Positions 1 through 10,003 of a stretch of 64,000 nt of DNA are shown piece by piece. Source of the DNA: a virus (lineage: Duplodnaviria; Heunggongvirae; Uroviricota; Caudoviricetes); IMG/VR virus record IMGVR_UViG_3300023181_000001, positions 30,509 through 94,508 of that record; one strand, given 5' to 3'. Both the position numbers and the translations under genes were made by a program. The notes under the pieces are model-generated. The model did not search any database. It was not told where the DNA came from and saw nothing but the letters and a program-made list of their open reading frames with translations. The first letter of the stretch is position 1. The number at the start of each line of letters is the position of its first letter.

Positions 1-1062
1 ACAGCTAGTCCTTTTAGGCTATCAGGTGGAATGGATGGAACAACTCTGAAAATGATGAACAGAGATAGAGAATGTATCTATAAATCAATAGAAGACGTTG
101 TACAGATAAAGGAAGTAATAGATGAAGGGTATTGGTCTAAGTTAATATACCAACAGAAAGTAGTAGATGAGAGCTCATTGGAGTTAAACGGTTCGGGTAC
201 CGATTTTACGGTCGAATCTCTAAAAGCTTTTGGAGAAAATAATAACATTGTTGATAGATGCATCGAAGAAGCTAAAATACTAATAGCACAAGGCAGAAAA
301 TCTATCCTAATCTCCGTACCTTTTATCGAAGATGCTAGAAGAATAGAGTCAAAACTTGAAAGTTGTAAATCAGTTTATAGCGGAATGAAGGCTTCTGAAA
401 GAGATTCAATAATTTCTGATTTCAAAGCTTTAAAAATAACAGTTGTAGCTCAAGTTTCACTCTTATCTATCGGATTTGACCATCCAGAAATGGACGGATT
501 GATTATGGCAAAACCTTCAAATAGTTTAACCTTTGTTTATCAATTAATTGGCAGGTTAGTTAGGATACACCCTGATAAAAAAGATGCTATAATTGTTGAC
601 TTAAGTGGAAACATAAGTAAATTTGGAAAGGTAGAAGATATAACTATTGAGACAAACGATTACACAAGTGGTTGGGCAGTATTCTCAAAAGATGATTTAC
701 TTACGGGATATCCGCTAAATACAACTCGTAGACCTAATAGAAAGTCATTGCAAGCGAAGTTACAGAGAAAGCAAAAGGGGCTAAATAATCCCGACCCTAA
801 ATTTTATTTTGGTAAATATAAAGATAAGTTAGTGTCTGAAGTCTACAAGGAAAATAAATCTTACCTTACTTGGCTACTAGACCAAAAAGACTTTAAGTGG
901 TATGGTGAAGTAGGAACAAATCTTAAAAAGGCTATCAGAATTGTTTTAGGACTAGAAGTGCTTGTAGAATCTGCGCCAAAAGAGAAAGTAAACACAAAAC
1001 AATTATTAGAAGATTACACAAACAGTATAAGAACCTTACAAGACTTAAAAGATATTTGGTAA
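1..1062 (+). CDS. SF2 helicase, C-terminal half (5' partial, frame open to window start)
   Basis: Helicase motifs V/VI: 'LSIGFDHPEMDGLIMAKP' and 'QLIGRLVR' (QxxGRxxR). Frame is open from nt 1, so the N-terminal ATPase core lies upstream of the window. Confidence 0.6.
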   Translation, partial: TASPFRLSGGMDGTTLKMMNRDRECIYKSIEDVVQIKEVIDEGYWSKLIYQQKVVDESSLELNGSGTDFTVESLKAFGENNNIVDRCIEEAKILIAQGRKSILISVPFIEDARRIESKLESCKSVYSGMKASERDSIISDFKALKITVVAQVSLLSIGFDHPEMDGLIMAKPSNSLTFVYQLIGRLVRIHPDKKDAIIVDLSGNISKFGKVEDITIETNDYTSGWAVFSKDDLLTGYPLNTTRRPNRKSLQAKLQRKQKGLNNPDPKFYFGKYKDKLVSEVYKENKSYLTWLLDQKDFKWYGEVGTNLKKAIRIVLGLEVLVESAPKEKVNTKQLLEDYTNSIRTLQDLKDIW

Positions 1063-1557
1063 ATAAAAGTTAAAATCTTAGCTAATCTAAGTTTATTTAA
1101 TTACTTTTACCATACAATAATAAACAGAAAATGGAAGAAGTAGAAGACCAAAGAATTATGGAATTAATAGCTCCATTCTTTCTTGAAAATGAGTTTTACG
1201 CGCATAAAAATAAATTCAAAAACAATCATTGCACAGTAACAGTAGATTTAGAAGAAGAATACTACATAATCGAATGGAAAAACAATTGGATGTCAACTGA
1301 AAGCTTGAATTTAATGTATTTAGTTGGAACTCTAGTGTGTAATAATTTAATAAAACGAGATTTTAAATGGAAGACAAAATAAAAGAATTAATTGAAATAA
1401 GAAAGCTGACTAAATTAGAAATATTTACTGAAATACAAGAGCTTAATAAAGTTCAATTAACAGAAATGTCTGATAATGATTTTAATATTTCTTTGGCGGT
1501 TTTAGAAAAAGAATATGAGATTTTTACTTTAGTAATTCAAGATTTAGAGGAACTCCT

Positions 1558-1995
1558 GTGATTAGAAAATATAGTAAAAAATTAGACTACCAAACAGAAG
1601 ATTTAGAAAGTCTAACTATAAGCGATTTAAAAAAATTGGCAGATTATTGGCTTAGACAGTATTTGTTAGAGAATACAGAAAATAAAAACGGTTACTATTT
1701 GTGCCCTTTAACAAATAAAAGATTACCTGAAAATAAATTACACGTAAGTCACTACATAGACCGAAACTGCTATACTTTAAGATGGGATTTAAGAAACTGT
1801 CATTTAATATCTTCAAACTCAAACACTTTCGACGCACAAGTTCAAATAGAAGGTTACAAATCATTACATCATAAAATGTATGAGGAGTTTATAGGAGAAG
1901 ATTTAGTTAAGCAATTGACACAAGAGTCCAAAGAACAGAAGTTACTGTATCAAAGTGACTATATAGAAATAATTAAAAGATTAAGAAATGAGTGA
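1558..1995 (+). CDS. HNH-like endonuclease (NinG-like)
   Basis: 'CPLTNKRL...HVSHYIDR...DLRNCHLISSNSN' matches the HNH core pattern (DHIiP...NL..lC..CN). Sits in the recombination module upstream of the RecA-like gene. Confidence 0.4.
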   Translation: MIRKYSKKLDYQTEDLESLTISDLKKLADYWLRQYLLENTENKNGYYLCPLTNKRLPENKLHVSHYIDRNCYTLRWDLRNCHLISSNSNTFDAQVQIEGYKSLHHKMYEEFIGEDLVKQLTQESKEQKLLYQSDYIEIIKRLRNE

Positions 1996-2401
1996 ACAAC
2001 ATCCTTTTTATAAACTTTCCGAGCTTATAGACAAATTCAATAATGAGAGGAATCAATTAGACCTAAGAGAACTTCAAGACCTTAGAGAATCCATTGCATT
2101 ATCATTATTTTATTTAAGCGACAGCGTTTCACAGACAATAGCAAATGCAGAATCGAATGACTACGCTAGAAAACGTTTTTATGCGGAGAAAGAAGAGTTT
2201 TACAGAAATAGTGTTGATGAAAGAACAAATAAACACCATAATGTAGCAGATTCAGAAAGGCTTGCCAGATTAGATGCCAAAGAAGTAGATGAAGCTTGTT
2301 CATTTGCTTTCAAACAAAAAGAGAGGGCAAGGTTAGTAGTTTTAGCAACACAACAAATTTTAAATTCAATATCGGGCAGAATATCCCAATTAACTAAATA
2401 A
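1988..2401 (+). CDS. hypothetical protein; possible recombination mediator by size and position (UvsY-like, 137 aa)
   Basis: 137-aa ORF translationally coupled (TAAATGG) to the RecA/UvsX-like gene. No confident motif. Confidence 0.3.
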   Translation: MSEQHPFYKLSELIDKFNNERNQLDLRELQDLRESIALSLFYLSDSVSQTIANAESNDYARKRFYAEKEEFYRNSVDERTNKHHNVADSERLARLDAKEVDEACSFAFKQKERARLVVLATQQILNSISGRISQLTK

Positions 2402-3411
2402 TGGCAAATAAAAAATCAAATAATTTAGATCAAGCGTTTGAAAAAGTAGAGTTTCTTTATAGTAAGGGAGCTATTGTTAACCTAGCAAAAAATCCAAGAT
2501 ACCCTGACAAAGTTGTTACAAAAAGACCAAGTATCGATTGGGTTACTGACGGCGGCTTCCCCCGCGGTAGATTGATTCTTTTGGCAGGAGAGCCAAGTGC
2601 AGGAAAATCTTCTCTTACAATTCAAATAGCAGAAGAAATTGGTAAGAAGATTCTTTACGCAGATACGGAAGCGACACTCACAACAGATTATCTACTTCAA
2701 TTGGGAGCAACACCTGAAAAGTTTGACCACTTTATTCCTGAAACAACAGAATTAATGTGTGATATTATCAGACAGCAAATCCCAAACTATGATGTAGTAA
2801 TCGTTGATAGTATTAATAACAGCGCATCAGGAGAGCAGTTAAATAAGACCGCAGGTGAAAAAACAATGGCAAACCGAGCCAATGTTATGTCGAGTCAATT
2901 ACCTATATTGATAGGATTAGCAAATCAATATAATACAACTTTGATTATACTATCTCAAATCAGGGATAATATGGATAAAGCTAATAAGTACAGCCCCGAC
3001 ACAGTAATTCCAGGAGGAAAAAGCTTGCATCACAACAGCTCATTGACTTTAGAACTTTTCAAATCATCTAAAAAAGAAAAAGAAGAGAAAGGAACTTTAG
3101 GAAATAAGGATAAAATTGTTGAGGGAAATATGGTACGTATTAAGTGTACCAAGAATAAAGTAGGTAAAGTAAATAGAGAAGTTTCAGTAGAGTTTACTTA
3201 TGGTTTAGGTTATACTATTGAAGCTGATGTAGCTTCTTCTGCAAAAAGATTAGGTATTTTAGAAATGAAAGGCAGTTGGGTAACTTACAAGGGAAGTACT
3301 TTGGTTCAAGGTATTGATAATTTAGTACCAATGCTTTTTGATAATCCTGAACTTTTAGAAGAATTAATTTTGGCGATAAAAGAAAAACAATCAACAGTAA
3401 TTGAAGAATAA
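2401..3411 (+). CDS. RecA/UvsX-family recombinase
   Basis: 'GGFPRGRLILLAGEPSAGKSSLTIQI' (RecA GG.PrGRi.E.yGpeSsGKTtL), 'IVDSINN' (RecA IVVDSVAAL), 'GGKSLHHNSSLTLEL' (RecA GGnALKFYASVRLDI). Confidence 0.8.
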   Translation: MANKKSNNLDQAFEKVEFLYSKGAIVNLAKNPRYPDKVVTKRPSIDWVTDGGFPRGRLILLAGEPSAGKSSLTIQIAEEIGKKILYADTEATLTTDYLLQLGATPEKFDHFIPETTELMCDIIRQQIPNYDVVIVDSINNSASGEQLNKTAGEKTMANRANVMSSQLPILIGLANQYNTTLIILSQIRDNMDKANKYSPDTVIPGGKSLHHNSSLTLELFKSSKKEKEEKGTLGNKDKIVEGNMVRIKCTKNKVGKVNREVSVEFTYGLGYTIEADVASSAKRLGILEMKGSWVTYKGSTLVQGIDNLVPMLFDNPELLEELILAIKEKQSTVIEE

Positions 3412-3913
3412 TAATGCTACTAAACAACACAATTACAATAGAAGTAACAAATGACGGTGAAAATAATAAAGTAGCTCTTAATTCAACAGGAGCTACTTAT
3501 TTAATGGAAGTAATAACTTCTTTAGAACTCGCCAAGAAAAGTTTAATGTTGGTTATTGAACAAAGAGTTAAAGAAGATAATCCCAAAGGAGATTTTAAAG
3601 AGTGGTTGAATAATTTAAAAATAGAGGATTTAGATGCGTAATTTTATTTTAGACTTTTTCTCCCCGCCAAGCATAGAAGAACAAAAAGAAAGGTACATTA
3701 AAAAATATGGCTACCCAAAGAGGACAGTAATATTTGTATCTGATAATGGAGCTTTTGGTTCTTTAATGGGCTCCGAGGATTTAAAAGAATTTCTAGAAAA
3801 ATAGAAAAAGTCTGATTTCTATAAACTAATGGAAAAAGACTTGAAAGAAGAAGGAAGTTTTAAACCAAGTGATTATTTTTCGGGAGTAGAGTAGTACAAT
3901 TTAAAAATACAAT

Positions 3914-4510
3914 ATGCTAGCACAAATAAAAAATTTTTGGACTTTATATAAATGGCACAAAGATGTAAGTAAAATAAAGAACAAATCTAATTTCTTAAAT
4001 AGGTACAGACATTTCACACCCAAGAGAAAAGGATGTAGTACAAGAAACCTAATAGCTTCAATCTTGAAACAGATAAGAGATTATAAAGTTATAGATTACT
4101 CCCAAGCCAAAGAAATATATGACGAGTATTGGATTTTAGAAAATCACATACCTAGCTTTGAATACCTCAGAGAAAAAGTAAAAGAAGGAGAAGTTTGGGT
4201 TACTCTGTTTAGAAATGAATATCCAGTGAAAGGTAGTAGGTTTTGTGAGTATTTTATAAACTCATCAGGAGGATTAAAAACTTTTAAACTATCAAGCGAA
4301 GAGAAATCTTATGGCTTTGTTTCCGATCCATTTGTAAATGAGTTTGGAAATTCTATATCAGAAGAAAATTTGACTCAGTTTAAATTTGCCACAAAAGAAG
4401 AAATTCAAAAAGAAAAATCGCGCCAAAAGAAAATTTCAGATATAGAAAAATTAATAAAAATAAAACAGAAAGAATTAAGTGTTTTACATAGCCAAAAAAA
4501 TGAGATATAA
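3914..4510 (+). CDS. hypothetical protein
   Basis: 198-aa ORF, co-directional, basic N-terminus. Confidence 0.4.
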   Translation: MLAQIKNFWTLYKWHKDVSKIKNKSNFLNRYRHFTPKRKGCSTRNLIASILKQIRDYKVIDYSQAKEIYDEYWILENHIPSFEYLREKVKEGEVWVTLFRNEYPVKGSRFCEYFINSSGGLKTFKLSSEEKSYGFVSDPFVNEFGNSISEENLTQFKFATKEEIQKEKSRQKKISDIEKLIKIKQKELSVLHSQKNEI

Positions 4511-4985
4511 ATGAAATACATAGCAATAACAGAAGTGTTAGATAGAGAGGTTTATATTGAACCAAAAAAACTTAACGTAGAGGAATTTAAAAAAGAATTA
4601 AGTAAGCTAAAGTTTATGCCTATAGACCTTGATAAACAAAGAAACAGCTTAAAACAGTTTATTACTCTTGAATTATCACAAGAAACATTTGATTTTATAA
4701 ATTCTGTTGCTAATACAAGTATACCATTATTCGGTGAAAAAGAATATAAAATAAATGATTTAATTTTTAAAATATACCCAAAAGAAGAATATGAAACAAT
4801 GTTTGGAACTCCTTGAATACGGCTTAGAAGTTTTTAATGGGGAATCAGAAAAATTTAAAAGGTGGCTGAAAAAAGAAAATAAATATCTAAAAGCAAAACC
4901 TTCAGACCTAATTAAAACCCAAGAAGGGATAGAAACAGTTAGAAAAGAACTAAACAGAATTGAATATGGAAACTTTACTTAAGCT

Positions 4986-5420
4986 ATGGCTATAAAAAAA
5001 CAAACTTTTCCTGATTGGACTTACTTAGGGGAGTCAATTACAAAAATAGAGGATTTTCCAGAAGGTACAATCGGATTCGTTTACAAATTGACTTTATCTG
5101 ATGGAAGTTATTATGTGGGCTGTAAACAAATAATCTCAATTCGAGGTGCACAGAGTAATTGGAAAGTGTATAGTGGGTCAAGTAAGACTTTATCAGAAGA
5201 GCTGAAGTCTAATAAGGTAACAGTGATTTTAAGAGAGATTTTGGACTTTGCAATTTCAAAACAACAGCTTTTGTACCTTGAAACTTCAAACATTTTGTGC
5301 AACCACGTTTTAGAAGATAAAAATTCAAGAAATGCTTGGATATCAGCTAAAATATATAAATCAAATTTGATAGATCCTAAGCCAATGAAAATCACGCAAA
5401 AACGTAAAAAGAAGAAATGA
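4986..5420 (+). CDS. GIY-YIG domain nuclease-like protein
   Basis: 'GFVYKLTLSDGSYYVGC' fits GIY-(10)-YIG. Downstream conserved R ('ISIRG'), E ('LYLETS') and N ('LCNHV'). Confidence 0.45.
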   Translation: MAIKKQTFPDWTYLGESITKIEDFPEGTIGFVYKLTLSDGSYYVGCKQIISIRGAQSNWKVYSGSSKTLSEELKSNKVTVILREILDFAISKQQLLYLETSNILCNHVLEDKNSRNAWISAKIYKSNLIDPKPMKITQKRKKKK

Positions 5421-5712
5421 ATTGGACAGAAGAAAAGTCACCTAAAGAAGGTGAGAGTTATTACAACCACTGTGATTTAGAAACTCCTCTAGGTAAATTT
5501 AGAATTGAGTGGAAAGGTTATAAGGAAAATCCTAGCTACGATGTTCAATTGGAGGGCAATTACATTTTAACAGAATATGATTTAAATTCGGCGAAAGAAG
5601 AAGTTAAAAAATACCTTGAAGACAAACAAGAACAATTGAATAAATTTCTGTTAAAACAGTAGGAAATACCAAATAAAATAACTAATTTAGAAGTCTAATA
5701 ATAATCAATTAA

Positions 5713-6360
5713 ATGAAGGAAACTAACAGAGTTAGAAAGAGTGAAATTAAGTATAACATTCAATTAACAGAGGAACAGAAGCTTGTAAAAGAGGGAGTTT
5801 ATGAAAAGGATGTGACAATAATTTTAGGAGAATTCGGATCAGGTAAAACGGCTTGTGCTGTTCTTTGCGCTTTAGACTTACTTTTCAAAAAACATATAGA
5901 CACTATTTATATTACGCGGCCAATCGATTTTGATGCTACAGGATATTTAAAAGGATCAATAGATGAAAAACTTATGTTCCACGTCTTCCCTATAAAACAA
6001 AATATGTACTCGGCTTATAATAAGGCTAAAATAGATGAACTCTTTAAAGAAGGTGCTATCCAAGTTGTCCCAATTGACTATATGAAGGGCATGACATTCG
6101 CAAATAGTTGCACTCTGGTTGATGAATTTGAAGACATTGATTATCAGGACTTTAAGCTGATTTTAACCCGATTGGGGAAAGGTTCTAAATTAATCTTTAC
6201 TGGCTCGGAACAGCAGATTGATATTAAAAGTAGCTGTATTCCAAAAATTAAATGTCTTGAAAAATTAGATGTTGTTAATTTCCACACTTTAAAAAGCCAG
6301 CACAGAAATGATGACATTACAAAAATTTTAGATTTCGTAGAGAAAAATGGAAATAAATAA
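5713..6360 (+). CDS. phoH: PhoH-like ATPase
   Basis: Walker A 'GEFGSGKTACAV'. 'ITRPIDFDATGYLKGSIDEKL...VPIDYMKGMTFANSCTLVDEFEDID' aligns with the PhoH core (ITRPaveaGEklGFLPG...aPlaymRGRtl...iILDEAQN). Confidence 0.75.
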   Translation: MKETNRVRKSEIKYNIQLTEEQKLVKEGVYEKDVTIILGEFGSGKTACAVLCALDLLFKKHIDTIYITRPIDFDATGYLKGSIDEKLMFHVFPIKQNMYSAYNKAKIDELFKEGAIQVVPIDYMKGMTFANSCTLVDEFEDIDYQDFKLILTRLGKGSKLIFTGSEQQIDIKSSCIPKIKCLEKLDVVNFHTLKSQHRNDDITKILDFVEKNGNK

Positions 6361-6676
6361 ACAAAATATAATCCAATTCTTATCTGAATTAAAAGTCTCT
6401 TACCACCTCAATGAAATGATTTATACGCAAGGAAGTTGTTTCAGACTATATTCTATTTTAGTTTGTCTTTTGCCTGAAATCAATCCTTGGTATTCTCAAA
6501 TAGACGGGCATTGGATTATTGAATTTGAAGATAGTTTCTATGATATTAATGGAGAGATTTCAAAGAACTATGTTTTAGATAAGCAGTATGAACTTATTAC
6601 TGATTCTTTAACTCTTTCTTCCGCGAAAATTCCAACTTATGAAAGACAATGCAGTTCTTATTCAAAATACTGTTAA
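6347..6676 (+). CDS. hypothetical protein
   Basis: 109-aa ORF overlapping the phoH stop (ATGGAAATAAATAA). Confidence 0.4.
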   Translation: MEINKQNIIQFLSELKVSYHLNEMIYTQGSCFRLYSILVCLLPEINPWYSQIDGHWIIEFEDSFYDINGEISKNYVLDKQYELITDSLTLSSAKIPTYERQCSSYSKYC

Positions 6677-7037
6677 TTTTCAGTTAATCAATTTGGTATA
6701 TTAGAATAATGGTCGTATATTTGCATACGAAACTCCACTGAAGATAAGCAGTAAATAATAAAGTAGGGAGATTTAGGTGAAATAAACTAAATTGGTTATG
6801 CGAAATTGAATTTAGACCAATGCTAAGATTGGGTTGTTTATTGTAAGCTACATTAAACTATTTAAGGATATTATAAAACCTTTTGAGACGAAAACCAAGT
6901 CAAATTATAAAGATAGTGATAATATTTCGAATATAGTGTTATAGTCCACTTAGAAATGGATGGAGTTTTTTAATCGGCTTAATCAGCATCCTTATACGTG
7001 TGAGACCGAGCGTTAAACGGGAGCTTTTATTTATATG

Positions 7038-7112
7038 TGGATTGTAGCTGAATGGTAAAGCACCTGATTGTGGTTCAGGCGATTGAGGGTTCGACTCCCT
7101 CCTTTCCAACCA
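7038..7112 (+). tRNA. tRNA-His (anticodon GTG), encoded CCA
   Basis: Hand fold: U8-A9. D-arm GCTG/AAGC with GG in the loop. Anticodon stem CCTGA/TCAGG with loop TTGTGGT (U33, GTG, G37). 5-nt variable loop. T-arm GAGGG-TTCGACT-CCCTC. Acceptor TGGATTG/CTTTCCA with two U-U mismatches, then A73 and CCA (7110-7112). Confidence 0.55.
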
Positions 7113-7116
7113 AAAT

Positions 7117-7130
7117 CCTCAGACGTGAGG
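7117..7130 (+). other. hairpin CCTCA-GACG-TGAGG immediately 3' of the tRNA
   Basis: Perfect 5-bp stem with tetraloop 5 nt after the CCA end. Possible processing or termination element. Confidence 0.35.
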
Positions 7131-7158
7131 AACGTAGACAGAGATTACAGCTTAGAAT

Positions 7159-7180
7159 AAACTTCGGTTTTTCTTTTTAT
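7159..7180 (+). terminator. weak rho-independent terminator candidate (AAAC-TTCG-GTTT + T-run)
   Basis: Short hairpin followed by TTCTTTTT. Confidence 0.3.
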
Positions 7181-7818
7181 AGTGTCGTGGAGACTCTTTA
7201 GCATCGTAATGGCTAACACATTTTTTGATTCTTTTTGGCGGAGGTGAAATAAAAAGGATTATTTTAAACTAAAAACAAGAAAAATGACTACAGAACAAAA
7301 ATTAGATTTATTGAGAATTGCATCAAACTTAAATGGTACACATAGCCTAGAAGATGCAATAAAAAACTATAATGAATTACTTCAAACTATTCAATAATGC
7401 TAAACAAACCAACTCAAACAAGAAGATTTTTAGGTAAGACTGAAAACTTCAATTCAAAGCAAGACCAAGCTTTCCATCAAAGAATGCTGAAAGCCTATTT
7501 ACAAGGTGCGCAAACTTTTAAATTTTGGGGAGAACAATATCAGGTAAATCAAAAATTAATTCAAATTTAATGAAAGTGACGGAAACACACGAGTTTAATA
7601 ACTCTGACCACGGCGAAGTTTCACAAGTAACTGTGGAAGTAATTACCAATGACGGTAAAGATTCAGTTTCAATTGGAGAAGGGGAACCTGAAGATATGAC
7701 TCTATTTAGAGATTTATCGGATGCTTATTTTATTTCTAATTTGATTCAGTTAGCTTATCAGGCGGGAAAAAATGGTGAAGAGTTTGAATATGAATTAATT
7801 GAAGAAAAAGAAGACTAA

Positions 7819-8577
7819 ATGATTGTACAGAAAGATGGAGAACAGTTTACAGTGAATACTACTAGCAAATCGATTGATGTTATTCTTTATTTCCCGAAAT
7901 TAAATGCTGAAGAAAATAAGGATGTAGAAAGCAAAGGTTCAATGACGGATAAAGGTAAAGAATTAATTGACCAAGCCAGAGAAGTACAGCTTAAAAAAGA
8001 AAATAATTCCGCAGAACAGTTGGATAAAGTTTTATCGAATTACAATTCAACTAGGCATAAGAGTAGACAAGGCTACCCTTTAAATATTTTAGATGAATGT
8101 GCTCTTTTTCCTTTCAGGAGTACAGCTACTTTAAATACAGCTTGGGAGAAAGTTTCTGATTTCAGGGAAGACAGATTATCTAATGGAATCCAAGAAAGGC
8201 AAAAAGGATTAGCCGAACAGAAAGTTTTTAAAGAGTGGGAGTCGGAGAAGCAATTAGCGGACTATATAAAAACTCTTGATGAGGTATCAGAAAGACTTTC
8301 GGGATATAAAGAAACAGCTAATAAATCGGACTACTCTGAAATTAATTTGGGTATTTTAGATTTAATGGCTGATAGATTTTCGGCAAATAAAGGAAAGTAC
8401 GAACACGGTAACAGTAAAAAACCTTTAGATAAACAGCAGATTTTGTGGGCATTATTCAGACACGTTAAGAAAATGGTTCAACCTATTGAAGGAGATGAAG
8501 AAAATTTTAGAGACCATTTAGCAGCGTGCCTAACAAATTGTTCAATCTTGCTAGACCAACTAGAAATTAAAAAGTAA
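7819..8577 (+). CDS. hypothetical protein
   Basis: 252-aa ORF starting at the TAAATG overlap with the upstream ORF. Confidence 0.5.
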   Translation: MIVQKDGEQFTVNTTSKSIDVILYFPKLNAEENKDVESKGSMTDKGKELIDQAREVQLKKENNSAEQLDKVLSNYNSTRHKSRQGYPLNILDECALFPFRSTATLNTAWEKVSDFREDRLSNGIQERQKGLAEQKVFKEWESEKQLADYIKTLDEVSERLSGYKETANKSDYSEINLGILDLMADRFSANKGKYEHGNSKKPLDKQQILWALFRHVKKMVQPIEGDEENFRDHLAACLTNCSILLDQLEIKK

Positions 8578-9039
8578 ATGAAGTTATTATTTTTAACCGC
8601 AGTAACAGCCATACCAACAGAAGAAGGTCAAAAAAAAATTCAAAAAGCTGTCAAGAAAAATAGAAAATCTGATGGGGATGAAGATTTTGCAAAGCCTGGA
8701 ACGTCTGCTTGGTTTAAGTCGATGAACATCACACCCCCTTCTGATCTAGAGGAAGATATTGAAGAAGAAATAGACGAAAATGGTTATATGTTGCTCCCAG
8801 AAGATGAGGTAGAATACGAATTTAATGATTTAGTCATAGATTTAGAAGAATTTCAGTCTTGTGTAGAAACTTCAATGATTTCAAGTATTCTGACAACAAA
8901 ATCGGGTGATATTTACGAAATTGAAGAAACTCCTGAGCATATTTACTTCCTGATTCACATGATGTCAAGACCTTGGTATGAAAAATTAATAGATTGGATA
9001 AAAGAAATAAAATGGAAGAAAAGTTCAAAAGATTCTTAG
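8578..9039 (+). CDS. hypothetical acidic protein
   Basis: 153 aa with a long D/E-rich centre ('DLEEDIEEEIDENGYMLLPEDEVEYEFNDLVIDLEEF'). Confidence 0.45.
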   Translation: MKLLFLTAVTAIPTEEGQKKIQKAVKKNRKSDGDEDFAKPGTSAWFKSMNITPPSDLEEDIEEEIDENGYMLLPEDEVEYEFNDLVIDLEEFQSCVETSMISSILTTKSGDIYEIEETPEHIYFLIHMMSRPWYEKLIDWIKEIKWKKSSKDS

Positions 9040-9327
9040 AATTATCTCTAAAGTTTACAAAAAATAAAAGAGAAGTTTTGGGGGATTATCCTCAAAGTAA
9101 TAATGGATTACTGTTTTCAAATCCATCTATTGGCTTCGCAGTCTTGAATGACACACAATCGTATAAAGTGGCAGAAAAATCAACAGCAGATTTAATCAGA
9201 GAAGAAGCTGAAAAGAAAGCAGTTCTAGCTGATGAATTTGAAGAATACTTAGAATTACAAAAGAATTTGGGAGAATACTTCCGCATAACAGAAAAATTAA
9301 ATAACTAAATTAAATAAGGAAAGCAAG

Positions 9328-10002
9328 ATGGCAAACATTTACGTCCAAGTGGACTATTCAACAGGAGCTGTATACCAATACAGTAAGGATCAACAAGAAA
9401 ATTATGAAAAGCACACAAATTCAAAAGGTGTTGATTCATGGAGAAAGATTTACAACAAGGGGTTGTACGGGAAACTAGAATCAGTTTCTTTGAGAGACAG
9501 TAATTTTGGAAAAGAGATTTCCGTAGCCGTAAAGGATAAAAATGGAGATAATGTATTCCTAAATATGCCTTTGTTTGATGCTAAAAAGAATTTAGCTTCT
9601 TATGCTGAATCTTTTATTACAGTTCTACCAAACTTAAAAGTAGGTCAGGAATACAGATTTTATCCTTACAATATTAAGGAAGAAGGTCAGAAGTATTCTA
9701 AAGTAGGAGTATCTGTTGTTCCCGCAAACATTAAAGAAGAAGCAGTTGATAAGGACAACGCACCTAAAAAGTTAACTTACACTTACACAAAAGATGGAGT
9801 AGAAGTTAAAGGAGATATCCCCGCAACTCAATGGGAAGAGGACTACACGGGAGCAAGAACTATGAATGCAACTGCTAAAAATAAATATCTTTATGATGTT
9901 CTTTTAGCAAACGTTTCCGAATCTAAACAGCAAGAACAACCCGCACCAAAAGTAGAAACTAAAAAACAAGAGCCAGCAGATAGTAGCCAACTGCCTTTTT
10001 AA
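9328..10002 (+). CDS. hypothetical protein; candidate ssDNA-binding protein (SSB-like C-terminal tail)
   Basis: Q/P/E-rich C-terminal linker ending in 'ADSSQLPF', reminiscent of SSB tails ending D-D-D-I/L-P-F. OB fold not verifiable by eye. Confidence 0.3.
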   Translation: MANIYVQVDYSTGAVYQYSKDQQENYEKHTNSKGVDSWRKIYNKGLYGKLESVSLRDSNFGKEISVAVKDKNGDNVFLNMPLFDAKKNLASYAESFITVLPNLKVGQEYRFYPYNIKEEGQKYSKVGVSVVPANIKEEAVDKDNAPKKLTYTYTKDGVEVKGDIPATQWEEDYTGARTMNATAKNKYLYDVLLANVSESKQQEQPAPKVETKKQEPADSSQLPF

Positions 10003-10003
10003 T

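Noticed and set aside
78-263. Antisense ORFs from the six-frame track embedded inside larger opposite-strand genes (78-263, 1652-1864, 3215-3430, 4380-4565, 5111-5395, 8834-9028, 9092-9286, 11439-11624, 12323-12523, 14328-14594, 17634-17822, 18850-19068, 27062-27262, 28444-28641, 28826-29026, 32931-33125, 35019-35240, 36170-36352, 39762-40019, 40980-41228, 42419-42673, 42850-43032, 43689-43973, 43963-44151, 45327-45533, 50467-50694, 54391-54618, 54950-55180, 60642-60869, 61471-61764)
   Set aside because: All lie wholly within stronger co-directional genes on the other strand, have low-complexity or hydrophobic translations typical of AT-rich antisense frames, and break the strict strand polarity of each block.
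6677-7037. Additional tRNA genes upstream of tRNA-His
   Set aside because: No T-loop (GTTCRANYC) or cloverleaf-compatible segment found by eye. Only short hairpins (e.g. GGATG…CATCC at ~6948-6980).
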